Shown here: positions 13,701-27,594 of the stretch, one piece after another
Layout of the letters: every line of letters begins with the position of its first letter
Position numbering within the stretch: the stretch's first letter is position 1
DNA from: Eledone cirrhosa
Taxonomy: Eukaryota
DNA length: 64,000 nucleotides
Assembly: GCA_964016885.1 (NCBI GenBank)
Contig: OZ024740.1
Span: 89,776,001-89,840,000, forward strand
Reading direction: 5' to 3'
The notes under the pieces: model-generated
Seen by the model: only the letters and a program-made list of their open reading frames with translations
What the model was told of the DNA's origin: nothing
The model's database searches: none
Program-made: the position numbers and the translations under genes

Positions 13701-14270
13701 CGGGAACCCGGTGCCCCCTACAGGGAAAATGCTTGATGAAAAATTTAATATACAAGTGTGTGGTTATAACCCAAAACGCGCATCATTTCTACATCGGCGC
13801 AACATCCACAACCTTTCGCGGATGTATAATCACACACATTCCTTCAGGGACCGAAACCAAAAGGCATTCCACTAGGTTAGTGGACCTGGTGTGGGACCTG
13901 AAAGACCAAGGCACTCCGTACGCCCTGGAATGGAGTATCGTTCGCAATGCGAGGGCATATTCGGCCGGAAGTAGAAAGAGACGATTATGCCTACACGAGG
14001 CCATGAAGATAGTCAGACTGAAGGATGACGCCGTCAACATGAAGTCTGAAATTATCATGACATGCAAACACCAGAGAATATGCGCATTTGCAGCATGGAA
14101 TCCTCCGGGTGACGCAGGCGGGCGGCATGGGAATGGGCACGCACGGACCCGATTGGCCCAAGGGCATTAGGGGACCTGACGCCATGCCATGATGAACGTG
14201 TGCGACCCGTGAGGCGAACATATGTAAACCAGTGGAGCATTTGACCGAGCACACAACATTGTAAGATACA
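10035..14270 (+). mobile_element. Near-full-length decayed PLE (pLTR, RT, GIY-YIG), Hydra-clade-like
   Basis: Start MEKFSSSSSM*DI at 11283, PSDKTGNVY, QLDIYSYYASV, FDITMG*SDSAQV, IYRDDAL, NYLDVTL..YHKPNE, LIYKC..FYIGAT; many lesions. Confidence 0.92.
11014..11104 (+). ncRNA. Hammerhead-like motif in 5' pLTR, long stem II, 8-nt core variant
   Basis: Stem I cgtgt/acacg; CTGAAAGA; ~60-nt stem II region; GAAAC-AATT-GTA with ACAATTGT palindrome. Confidence 0.68.
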
Positions 14271-14603
14271 TTTTGATTTTCAAAAGTAAAATGGAAATAG
14301 AGGGTTTGTGTTTTTGTTGTGGTTTGTTTCGCATCAAGTTCGTGTTCAGAAGTTCTTTATATTTTATACGAAAAAAGCGATTCAGATTGCTATTTCTTTT
14401 AAATGTAATTGAATGTACCTAATCCCGTGATAGACATCAACCAAACAAATTACATATTAAAGAAATAGCAATCTGAACCACTGAACCACCAGATTATTCT
14501 ACTGTTGAATAAACTATCGCAATGTGAAATAAAGTGTCTTCCACAAGGACACAAAGCATCAGCCTTCTTCCATCCTTCACCTTATTTGTTTTGTTCATGC
14601 ATG

Positions 14604-14785
<182 letters not shown>

Positions 14786-15074
14786 GGAAGATAATCAGGA
14801 TGCCGACTGAGGAGCTCAGCCGTCGTGGTCCTGTTACACAGTCTACTACCCAACGTATCGAGTAGGCTGGTGCGTTAGGTTCCACATGGTATCGTACCAC
14901 ACATTCTTTGTATATATATATATAAACGGAAAAAATGACTATTAGTACGGCTGCTACTTACATATAAGTATGTACACGTTCATACATATATGTATACAGA
15001 CGCACAGTAGTATGTATATATATATATACATACTACTGTACGCCTGTATACATATGTGTATGTACGTATACATA

Positions 15075-15256
<182 letters not shown>

Positions 15257-15257
15257 C

Positions 15258-15733
15258 ATCTTACAGACCCACACTCCCCCCGGCCTGAACTCCCCACCCT
15301 CATTCCTTTAGCGTTCGACCGCCCCCCTCCCCCACTTATCCCCCACTAACACCACTAACACACCCCTCCTCTGACCACCCCTCCCCAACTAACATACTAA
15401 CATCCCTTCCCTCCCCTCTTCTCCTCCTCCCCCTCCTTATCACACGCACACACTTACACCACCCACCCCACACGCAACTAACATCACTAACACCCTCCAA
15501 CCCCACGCACACGTACCCACACACCCTCGTACACCACCAACTCTACACACCCTACCCCCACTAACCCCCACTCACACCTGCATTCCACCCCTCCCCACCT
15601 CCCGTCTACTAACACCCACTAACACCTCCTCACCAAACTACACACACACCAGTACACCACACTCCCTCCATAGAACCACACACACCCTTCTCTCCCCACT
15701 CCACACTCACTCATCCCACTAACACCCCTACTA

Positions 15734-15787
<54 letters not shown>

Positions 15788-16764
15788 ACACACACAACCC
15801 CTCCTCACTCCAACTCTCACACCTACCCATCCTCGCCTCCCTACCATTCCGCTGACTGCTGCTATGCCCTTCCGACCACTGTCTCAGCACCAACTGACCA
15901 CAGCACTTCCACTGCTGACCACTTCCTGTTGCGCGCGCACCCCACATCTCTCCTCTTCCGACCACCGCTTCTTGGATTACCCACACGCGTTTTGACTTCC
16001 AACCAAAATCTCCATACATCCGTGTAACTTACCACTTTCAACCATCCTCTAACACCATCACCTATATAACTCACCCACACACACATCCCAAAACAATTTT
16101 TTTATCCACACGCCACCCACACCCACAACACGCTTAAACCACACACACGTGCTTCCCACCACATATTTACACCCTCAGCCCCCTGATTCCTCTCCCCCCA
16201 CCCCCTATCCACACACGCACAGACCCTCCGACACACAAAAACACCCCCCACACACACCTTCCTGAACATGCAACCCCGTTCTTCCCCCAACCCTCACTTT
16301 CACATACACACACACACCCACACACACACACACGCACACCTAACCACACACACCACCTTCAGCCCTCCCCGCTCGGACACCCCGTCTCCCTCTCCCCACT
16401 CCACCCACCTCCACCTCTACTCACCCCACACCCTTCCACCACCTGTTTACCCCCCTTTTAATTTCAGTTTATTTTGATCATGCCTTTATTTTTATATGTT
16501 CTCATTCCTTGTATTTTGATCATGCTTTATTTTTATTTATTATTTATTATATTTTTGTCTTTATTTGTTAATTTTTCATTCGCACCGTTTCCTTTCGCTA
16601 TATGTCTCTCCACCACTCCCCTACACACCTTTTGAACTCTCACCTGAAGAAGGGCTTATGCCCGAAACGTCGTCCTCCACCTACCCCCCCCCCCACTCTC
16701 CTGAGCGTGAATTTAATAAACATTTGTCGTACTGCCTCTCTGTTCTGTCCCTGTTCAATTTTTC

Positions 16765-16768
<4 letters not shown>
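15258..16768 (+). mobile_element. Neptune-like PLE 3' end with C/A-rich pLTR
   Basis: Begins with [10 protein letters not shown] (typical PLE endonuclease C-terminus), then ~1.2 kb C-rich tract, HHR and aataaa; flanked by (TA)n. Confidence 0.65.
16641..16674 (+). ncRNA. Minimal hammerhead ribozyme
   Basis: CTGAAGA-A-GGGC-TTAT-GCCC-GAAA-CGTC; canonical core, weak stem I. Confidence 0.8.
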
Positions 16769-16848
<80 letters not shown>

Positions 16849-16859
16849 CATATATATGT

Positions 16860-16910
16860 AAGTATGTATGTATACGTACATACATATATGTATACAGACG
16901 TACAGTACCA

Positions 16911-16964
<54 letters not shown>

Positions 16965-17584
16965 TACAGGTACACATACATATATGCACGTATCAGTTTA
17001 GCGGACGCTTATTATAACGCCGCTTTGTTCGTTTGTAAACAAACTGAACAGCCTGAATTTATGTCATACGGAGTTAAGGGAACCACGTCACCTTTTTGTT
17101 CAACACTGATATGCATATATATATATATATTTATATATATATATATATATGCATGCTACTGTACGTCTGTATACATATATGTATGTACGTATACATACAT
17201 ACTTACATTTAAGTAAGTGCCATACTAAGAGTGAGAAATGAAATTTCGTTTTCATTTTATTTCCACTTATCGTTTTCGGTATGCCTGACCGATTTAACTC
17301 ACTCAATATGCAAATTAGGCTGCTCAGCCGTTAATTTTCATAAGGAAAGTATATACTTTCGAACGTTCAACTATCTGGCAGATAGGTATACGGTGCTGAT
17401 GTTAGCTAACAAGCTTGAAACTAGTACATCGTTCCTGTGTCAGTGTTGAACAAAAAGGTGACGTGGTTGCCTTAACACCGTATGGCATAAATTCAGGCTG
17501 TTCAGTTTGTTTACAAACGAACAAAGTGGCGTTATAATAAGCGTCCGTTAAACTGATACGTGCATATATGTATGTGTACCTGTA

Positions 17585-17616
<32 letters not shown>

Positions 17617-17800
17617 CTTTGGTGCGTTATGGTCCACCTGGTTCCCTACCACATTTCCTTCGTTATATATATATATATATATATATGCATGCTACTGTAC
17701 GTCTGTATACATATATGTATGTACGTATACATACATACTTACATTTAAGTAAGTGCCATACTAAGAGTGAGAAATGAAATTTCGTTTTCATTTTATTTCA
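16860..17800 (+). repeat. Non-coding HHR-bearing repeat (pLTR- or retrozyme-like), partial tandem plus inverted piece
   Basis: 16985-17110 is the inverse of 17440-17565; 17150-17262 recurs at 17687-17800; relatives at 14930-15080, 33230-33530 and 56615-57320. Confidence 0.8.
17391..17431 (+). ncRNA. Minimal hammerhead (A9->U variant)
   Basis: cggtg-CTGATGT-TAGCT-AACA-AGCTT-GAAA-CTAG-TA-catcg; ACTAGT palindrome; 5-bp stem I. Confidence 0.65.
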
Positions 17801-17801
17801 A

Positions 17802-17894
<93 letters not shown>

Positions 17895-17905
17895 GTATAT
17901 ATATA

Positions 17906-18002
17906 TAGGTAAACGGAATAGAAAATGCTGACAAATTGTTCACAGTTGAAAAATACTTTAATTAGGAATAAAAGAGTATTTTTAATTGTATACACAAAAC
18001 AA

Positions 18003-18070
<68 letters not shown>

Positions 18071-18155
18071 TATATTTGTTTGTGTATGTGTGTGTGTGTA
18101 TAAGTCTCTGTGTATGTTAATGTATGCGTGTGTATGTGTGTGTATGTGTGTGTGT

Positions 18156-18230
<75 letters not shown>

Positions 18231-18357
18231 AATGTGTGTGTATGTGTGTGTGGGGGTGGACCAGTATTTTTTTACCCTGGTAAATTGGTGAACATCAAAT
18301 ATCTTAACAATAAAAGGTGTGAAATGATATTCACTATATATATATATATGCATATAT

Positions 18358-18425
<68 letters not shown>

Positions 18426-18548
18426 ATATATGTATATATATATAGTGAATATCATTTCACACCTTTTATTGTTAAGATTTTTGATGTTCACCATTTTACC
18501 AGGGTAAAAAAATACTGGTCCACCCCCAGACACACATACACACACATT

Positions 18549-18607
<59 letters not shown>

Positions 18608-19143
18608 ACATATACACACACACTTATCTTAATAGCCATTTCAACTGTCAACAGGCTGCGGTCCGCACACACATCAAGCTAACCATTATCACAACATCGA
18701 ACACTTTACTACTACTACACACACACACATACACATATTTGTTGTGAAAGAGTCATTCCTCTGTCTTGGCGCAAAATCAATTTTTTACATTCACATGACC
18801 TCTACCGACCAATCAAAATTGTTTTGACCACAATAATTTTTGCAACACCAAAGTAGCGCTGGTGCCACTTTTTTAACATAAAAACAAGTAGAATTCCCAA
18901 AACTAATCAGATCAGAGCAAACAACACGGACACTCTATCTCAAAATTATTTTTGAAAAGCATTTATAAATGCGCAACCGGTAAAAACTTAAAAACTTAAA
19001 ACCACAACTGAATACTAACCCATACAATTACTAATACTCTTTTATTCCTAATTAAACTATTTTTCAACTGTGAACAATTTGTCAGCATTTTCTATTCCGT
19101 TTACCAATATATAATAACTTGTGTGTTACACCTCTATTCTTTT

Positions 19144-19146
<3 letters not shown>
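17906..19146. mobile_element. Solo pLTR fragments of the Neptune-like family arranged as a foldback
   Basis: 18230-18362 is the inverse of 18420-18555 across (TA)n; 17906-17978 is the inverse of 19036-19106; matches 62380-62790 and 27380-27600. Confidence 0.85.
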
Positions 19147-19210
<64 letters not shown>

Positions 19211-19211
<1 letters not shown>

Positions 19212-20222
19212 ATTAAAGGTGTCATGTCTGAGAGACATGCGGCATATCCAGTGTAGAATATGCTCAAAGATTACAATGAGTAGATCCGAGCATTTTATAT
19301 CAACTAAGAAATGATTGACATAGATATATATATATCTAAAATAAACACATGACACAATCAAAGGGGATAATTTGTAAAGTGTGTAAGCACACACAGCTAG
19401 GTAGGTGACTAATTAAAGTTTAACTACAACTTCAAATATAGTTATCTTTTTAAATGGTTAATCTTTATTGTATATATTTCATTAAAGAAATATATTTTAC
19501 CATTAATCCGTATATCACAGTAGTCAAATACCAGATTTTCATCAAGGGAGAATATTTAACAATTATGTGTTTACACAGCAAATGCAAATCTGCGAATGAC
19601 CCGTCGCACGTGTTGCATTCTTTTTTTAAAACACACATCGTATCAGTGTCATCCCAGTGGCGTGAATATGATTATCGACAGCTGATATAAAATGCTTGGA
19701 TCTATTCATTGGAATCTTTGAGCATATTCTACAGTGGATATGGCGCATGTCTCTCGGACATGACACCTTTAATTTTATGTTGGATATATATACGGCCTCT
19801 TTATTGTAGAGCTACCTCATCTGAAAGGACTCGGCTGCTATTACCAGCTGTCGATAATACTATTCACGCCACTGGGGTGACGCTGTTACGATGTGTGTAT
19901 TTTCAAAAAATGCAACACGTGCGACGGGTTATTCGCAGATTTGAATTTGCTGTGTAAACACAGATAGTTAACTCTTCTCTCTTGTTGAAGATCAAGGATT
20001 TGACTACTGTGATTTACGGATCAATGGCGAAATATATTTCTTTATTGAAATATATACAAGGAAGATTAATCATTTAAAAAGGTATCTATATGTGAAGTTC
20101 TATGTACACTTTAATTAGTTACCTACCTAGCTGTATGTCCTTACACACTTTACAAATTACCCCCTGTGATTGTTTCATGTGTTTATTTTAGATATATATA
20201 TATATGTCAATCAATTTCTAGT

Positions 20223-20228
<6 letters not shown>
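19211..20228. repeat. Double nested inverted repeat, probable PLE pLTR of another family
   Basis: 19211-19300 is the inverse of 19683-19772; 19295-19685 is the inverse of 19845-20228; bounded by (TA)n. Confidence 0.8.
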
Positions 20229-20295
<67 letters not shown>

Positions 20296-20485
20296 TATAT
20301 ACATACATATTTCAAATTCAACTGGTTAGAGTGCGCCTACACGCAAATCAGTATAACGAGTTCATCTGTTTAATAATGTTGAGATACCCGGACATTTGCA
20401 TCACTTTCTGCGGTTCCGAATTGCTGACAGTATTCCGAAAGAAACATATATGAACAGTATATGAGTTACTGATAGTATACATTAC

Positions 20486-20528
20486 GTAATTTAGCGTGGG
20501 ACCATGTCGTCTGCCGGAGATTGCCTCC
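20486..20528 (-). CDS. Candidate 43-nt host exon
   Basis: Acceptor ttgatttttgcattgcag, donor C|GTAATG, in non-repetitive DNA; phase-0 reading GGNLRQTTWSHAKL. Confidence 0.3.
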
Positions 20529-20990
20529 CTGCAATGCAAAAATCAATATGGCATTCAATTGCTTGTTGCAGATCTCAGCTTCTCGTGACACACGACGTCA
20601 CATCAAAGATAAGCCATGCCTGACCGTTTACAGGAATACACGTTGGAAATTAAATCACATTAAAATCTTATGACGACGAACACAATGAATTGACTAGTGT
20701 ACTTTCAAAAATAATACAAATACATGACAGCAGATAATAAATAAGTCGAACTAGATAAACAGAGTGTGAAAGTTAAACTTACAATTGAAATGCAGTATAA
20801 TCCCTGGGAGTTAAAACGATTAAGAGACGAGGCTCGTCGAACAGAGGGAACATAGCATCGGTCCTTTCAACACTCACGCAATATCCAATTAAGTTCGTAT
20901 TAATAAATTGCGAACCAATCAGTTAGAGAGCATATATACGTTAGTGAAGAAAACGAATTCGTGTCGGTAAGAATATTGAGATAGACGGAC

Positions 20991-21034
20991 CGATGGTTCA
21001 GTTTCTGCAGTTCCATTCATCTGCTGGCTGTTTT
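20991..21034 (-). CDS. Candidate 44-nt host exon
   Basis: Acceptor ctttgttgtaaatcctttcag; reads (E)NSQQMNGTAETEPS; weak donor G|GTCCGT. Confidence 0.35.
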
Positions 21035-21129
21035 CTGAAAGGATTTACAACAAAGAATCTGTGCGTTAATAAACAAGGAAGTCGATTTGGGGACACTATT
21101 GTGCATGTTATGTTGTTTAGATCATTTAC

Positions 21130-21136
21130 CTGCCTT
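21130..21136 (-). CDS. Candidate 7-nt microexon AAGGCAG
   Basis: tttatttttcacccag|AAGGCAG|gtaaat, 95 nt upstream of the next acceptor. Confidence 0.3.
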
Positions 21137-21433
21137 CTGGGTGAAAAATAAATTCATCACGCTCTCGAATATAAAATGAAATTTTTCATCGAATTCATTA
21201 AAACAAATATTAAGAGATATCTACATTTATGGCTTCATAAATAACAGTAATGAAACAATGCACGTATGCATACATATATTACTGTCTATATACTTATGTA
21301 TATAGTCTTTCATACAGGCATATATATATAAAAGCAAATATATATTTGCACTCACACTTACAAACGAACCCACATTAATATATTTGCGGATGTCCGTGTT
21401 TTCCTCTGTGTTTATGCGTGCATGTACAAGTGA

Positions 21434-21473
<40 letters not shown>

Positions 21474-21755
21474 CCATGCATGTGGGTGTTCCTGCTTTTA
21501 AATTAAAAATGGGTTGTTAGGATGTGATTCCTATAATTTCAGTCATTTATTTTCAATTTGAATCGGAAAATCACCATGTGAAATTGCATTCTTTACACCC
21601 AATTTACATTTCACGCGTATTCATAAATTTGATATATAACTTGCATCACCCCCTCTATCTGAATACGAAAGTTAAGTACTGTTAAAATATACCATATTAT
21701 CAGTTCAATATTTCATCTCATCTCGCCTAAAGTTACATCTATAAAACAATAAATA

Positions 21756-21945
21756 ATTGTTTCTACTTTTGGCACCAGACCAGCAATTATTCCAGTGCAT
21801 TACTGGTACTTTATTTTATCCACCCCGTAAGGATGAAAGGCAAAGTTAACCTCGGCGGGATTTGAACTCAGATAATAAAGGGAGGTAACTCTATGCTTCA
21901 AAGCATGGCACCCGACCCTCTACTGATACTGCCAATCCACCGCCC
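21756..21945 (-). mobile_element. tRNA-derived SINE, full length
   Basis: Reverse complement of the 3118-3752 family. Confidence 0.88.
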
Positions 21946-22431
21946 TTGTAAAACAATAAATAATATTCACAATAAATAATATTCACGATAAATAATATTC
22001 ACATTTCAAAAAGAATGTGAATAAGATATTCAAAGTTAGAAGGACACTATATAAATTAATCATGTTTTATTTTATTCAGCAGTTCAATCTCGATCTATAT
22101 AAATAACATGGACTCCATAGATTGGTTATCATTCTTGTAGATGTACGACCAAAAAGGTACCGGCACATATTTAACATTCTAAGATCCTTATTGTTGCACA
22201 CTTTGTTCATATTATTGTGGAGGATTTTAACAAGATTAAAAATTGCAGCAGCAAATATTTTCTCATTCAGTAAACTTTGTCTCTTCGATATACATTAAAC
22301 AATCATATTGAAAGAACAGCATCCGTTATGTAAAAACACACCTACTCATACACAGACACACACACACGTAGATACACACGCGGACAAACATATACACACA
22401 CACAGACATATATATATATATATATATATGT

Positions 22432-25400
22432 AAAACAGGAAGAATTTCCAAAACTGATCAGATTAGAGCAAACATGACGAGCGCTCTATCTCAAAATTAT
22501 TTTTGAAAAGCATTAGAAATGCGCAACCGGTAAAAACTTAAAACTAAAACTGAATACTAACCAATACTTATAACTAATTTATACTTATTCCTAATTAAAC
22601 TATTTTTCACTGAGAAAAATATGTCAGCATTTTCTTTTCCTTTTACTAATATATCACAACTCGTGTGTTACACCTCTATTTTTTTAAATATCATATCCCA
22701 AACGAGATACAGAAAATGCCAACAAAAAGAGATACAACTCTTATCAACACAAATGTAGAGATTCTACAGGAACTCAAGAAAATTAATACCAAACAATCTG
22801 TGCTAGTTGACAAACTTGACTCCACAAATGAGGAAACCGTCACCGGATACAAACCTCCGAAATCGGCGATAAACTTCAAAACCTTTGCGATACTATCCAA
22901 GCTATGTTCACTACTACCAACCCAGGAAAAACCTACGAAGAACCATGTGAGATTGATTCATACAAAATGAAAATTCGAACAATCCCAAAATGGAACAAAT
23001 CCCTCAGAGACAGAAAGTTCTCCTTCTGGAAGATGATACATAATACACAACAAAGCGGAGATATATGAAAAATGGCTTAACTCAACTCCTCTAATACTCC
23101 CCCGTAAAATACAAATAAAGTCCATTCCAAATGAACCCGAACCTCAAAGACACCTTAGGGAAAGAATGGCATTGGAAAAATGAAGACAGAAATTGAACTT
23201 CTTAAATTGAGGGCCAAGACAAATGAGGAACAAATCAAAACCGTCGATGAAGAGATCCTCCTGAAAATCAACAATAAGACTGAAGTCTCCAACGTAGAGA
23301 AGATATCTAAATTATCGAAAGGGGACTGCAACAGAGAAGAACTGAAATTCCTTCAACGCTGGGAAAAGAGTGCCGATTGGTTCCTAAACTATGAATCGAC
23401 TTTTCAAACGGATTACACCTCCAATAACCCGTTTATAAAAATAGCAAAACCCATACACGAGCCGCACAACAACTTCGCAAATCCCCCAGCTACTAACTAA
23501 AGAAGAAGTAAGCACCACGCCGATGAACTTCCCAACCTCGCTTCCATAAGAAGGAACAAAAATCCTAGAAATCATCAGCCCCAGAATGACATTTACAACT
23601 TTCCCCCTTCAAGGAGACACCATACCAAATCACTCAACTGCTACGCGGATGCCTCATCGTCAAACATAGGGAAAATGTGCCACCACCATGATAGATATAA
23701 CAACTTACCCGCTACAAGGGGACAGCAAGGTAATTTCCATTTTCTCAACTCTCGCTTCCACAATACACAACAAACCCACACCACACGATACAACCAACAA
23801 CGTAGGCCACCTATAACACCACAAACCAACATGGCACATAGAAACACGCATCCATATTCGCAATACAGGAACACCCCATTCAATCCACAACCACGAACAC
23901 GAGCCACATTTTACAACAACAAGGAATATAACAAACACAGGAGACCACATAAAATAAGCAGACAATCCCTCTACCACAACCATTTTTTAGACACAGCACA
24001 CATATACAGGCAAACAAAATAACACTAGACAAGGAGGAGAAACCGAGAGTAATAACAATTATCAATCTAACTAGTGCAGAACCAACTCCCAACCTTATCG
24101 TCTTACTCTCCAAATGTCTTAAATTCACACCGACCCCTACGTCCTAACTACTATAAAATGAAGGAAGACATCACAGACTTCTGTTGAAAGTTACGACTTA
24201 GTGAACAACTATTCGACCAGTACAATGAGGATGAATCATTAGCCAGAAATAGAAGCAATTACAAAAGGTAGAAATAAAATCCTTCAAAAGGTAGAAATAA
24301 AATCCTGGACGAATTCTGTGAACACATCACAAACTTCCCTTACCAACACTTGCACAGACAAAAACACAAGCCAAACCTCAACAAGAAAGAATGGGAAGAA
24401 TTAAATAGATTAAAACCGACAGAACTATTACAATTAAAGAGGCTGATACAGGGAGCACAGTAGTCCTAATGGAGACAGAATTATATATCTATTTAGAGCT
24501 CTCCACTTTGGAAAACGAAACAAACTATGAAAAGGCTGAACACTACAATCAACAGAAAAATTATGAGAAACCTAAAAACTCTGATCAACCAATACAAAGA
24601 AGGACTCACTAACAAGGAATTCAGCTTCATCACACACTTCACAAGTAAATCCAGCCTTTTCTACGGTATCCCTAAAGTACATAAAAGCGAATTAATAAGT
24701 AAGGCATGCAAGGAAGCCACAGATATAGTCATCAATGTCCTCTCACCCAATGATCTCAAATTAACACCTATAATAGCAGGCCCCGCTTGCGAAACCCAGC
24801 GCCTTAGCAACTGCATTGATACCATTCTCAAGCCTTTTCTCAAACACATCAAAAGCTATATAAGGGACGACCTAGATATGCTCAATCACCTCCCTAATAT
24901 GCCCCTTTCTGAACAAACCCTACTAGTGACGTTCGATGTAGTCAACCTATACTCCAACATCCCCCACAACCTAGGAATAGAAGCTATCCAATTCTGGCTG
25001 GATAATTATCACAATGAACTCCCACAACGTATCCAAAAAGAATTCGTGATAGAAGGACTCACATTTATCTTGGAGAACAATTACTTCGTTTTCAATAACA
25101 AATTCTACTGTCAGAATTCTGGGACCGCTATGGGAACGAAAACAGCCCCCACTTATGCCAACCTAGTCATGGGATACATGGAAATCACCCTCTACACTAA
25201 AGTACGAAACACATTTGGAAACACTCTCCACTTACACATAGAAAAGAACTGGAAGCGATATCTAGATGACTGCCTCATCCTTTGGCACGAAAATAACGAG
25301 AAACTTAATGAATTTCACACCCTTATAAATGGGCTCAACACGAATATTAATTTTACGATAGAATAAAGCCATCAACAACTCTCCTTCCTCGACATCCTCA

Positions 25401-27594
25401 TTAAGATTCATAGCAAAAAAATAGAAACAGACATATACTACAACCCCACATACTACAAGCAATATATTACCTTTCAACTCTTGCCATCCTAGACACGTTA
25501 AAATTAATATTCCCTACAACTTAGCCAAGAGAATCTGTATTATAGTCTCCAATAAAAACACATGTTACTTACGGCTACAAGAACTAAAGGACACACTCAT
25601 AGGCAGGGACTACCCTGCATCACTAATTGACAATGGAATCCAACGTGCCCGAAAATTCAGTACCCACGACCTTAGACACCCTAAAGTAAATCAACCGAAA
25701 CTAAAAGTTCTTCCATACATCTCCCCCCCCCTCAACAATGAGGCCTTAGACACCATCCTCCAGAACATCTCTGTGTTAAAAAGGACCATAGAATGAACCA
25801 AATCCTTCGAACACAAGATATTATAAAGAGAAAAAGACAATCTAAGTCAATGACAATCATCCTAACACATGCCAAATACCGCCAACCACAACAACGAAAC
25901 GCATATTAAAAAAGGCGATAGACCCAACTGTGGCATATGCATCAACCTAATAGAGGTTTCGGAATTATATTTCAAAGTAGGACAACGTTTTATAGTAAAA
26001 CACATCAGAAAATATAATATATGGATTAACTTGCTCAGGTTGTCGAGAACAATACATAGGCCATATGAGAAACAGCCTCCGCCAACGCATGACTGTCCAT
26101 GAATCCCAAATTAAAATACGGGAATACAGAAAAATACCACTTAGTTAACACATTAATACCTGTGCCGCCCAAAATAATCCCAACTTTAGAATCTTTCCCC
26201 TCTACAAATTTAAAGATAATACCACTCACACCCAGCGCATCAGCAAGGAATCTCACTTTATTAATAAATACGGACCCCGTCTAAACACTTCTCCCTAAGA
26301 CGAACCCGCAACATACACACGTCAACATACATACCTACATCAGCATACATCCTACATACATTTCTATCCACATATATACACAATGACATACGTAAACACA
26401 CATGTTCTATGGTGCCACACAAATATACACAAATTTGCATACCTTTTGAAGTTTACAGATATAAACGTGCCGACACACAAACATACATATACGCACACAT
26501 GCATTGCACACTGATGGGCACATACATATTTGCACACAAGTATTCCCATACGGCAGGGCCTAATGGATCCCCTTGCAGTACGTACATTCTGGACACTCAC
26601 TCACACTTTGGTGTTATGACAATACTATACATCTTTTCACCCCTTTTATTATCAATGTTTTTGATGTTCTTTTGAGAGAATCGTTTTTGCAAATTACTGA
26701 AAATATGGAATAATGTACACCATTTTTACCAGTATCACAAAAATACTAGTCCATCCACACACACACACACACACACATACACACACATACACACGCGTAC
26801 ACTAACATACAAACAGACATACACACACACACTCCCCCCCCCACACACACACACACTTCTCCGTATAAGACAAGAGCTGAAAAATATCGTTCAACATGTT
26901 AAAATATATCCCGCACACGTACACACATATTCCTACTGACAGAATTTATTTCCTCTACCACGAACCACTCTGCTACACACACACACGCACAAACACACAC
27001 ACACACACACACATATTTGTCTCAATAGACACCTGAACGGTTGGCCTTTCAACATGACTGCAATTCACACACACATCCCTACTGACCATTATCACAACAA
27101 TGAACCTCTTTACTATACACACACACCCACACACATATTTGTATTAATAAACTTCTTTTTCAGTGACTTCTCAATCAGACGAAAAAGAACACTCTTCGAC
27201 AAACCTACAGTTGGCGCAAAATCAATTTTTAACATTCACGTGACCTCTACCGACCAATCAAAATTGTTTTGACTACAAGAATTTTTGCAACACGAATTGG
27301 CGCAAAATTTATAGTACTCATTCACGTGACATTCAACAACCAACCAAATCTTAATACCTCTGGAGCCACTTTTTTCACATAAAACAGGAAGAATTTCCAA
27401 AACTGATCAGATTAGATCAAACATCACGGGCGCTCTATCTCAACATTATTTTTGAAAAGCATTAGAAATGCGAAACCGGTAAAAACATAAAAGTAAAACT
27501 GAATACTAACCAATACTTATTACTAATTTATACTTATTCCTAATTAAACTATTTTTCACTGGGAAACAATTGTCAGCATTTTCTTTTCCTTTTA

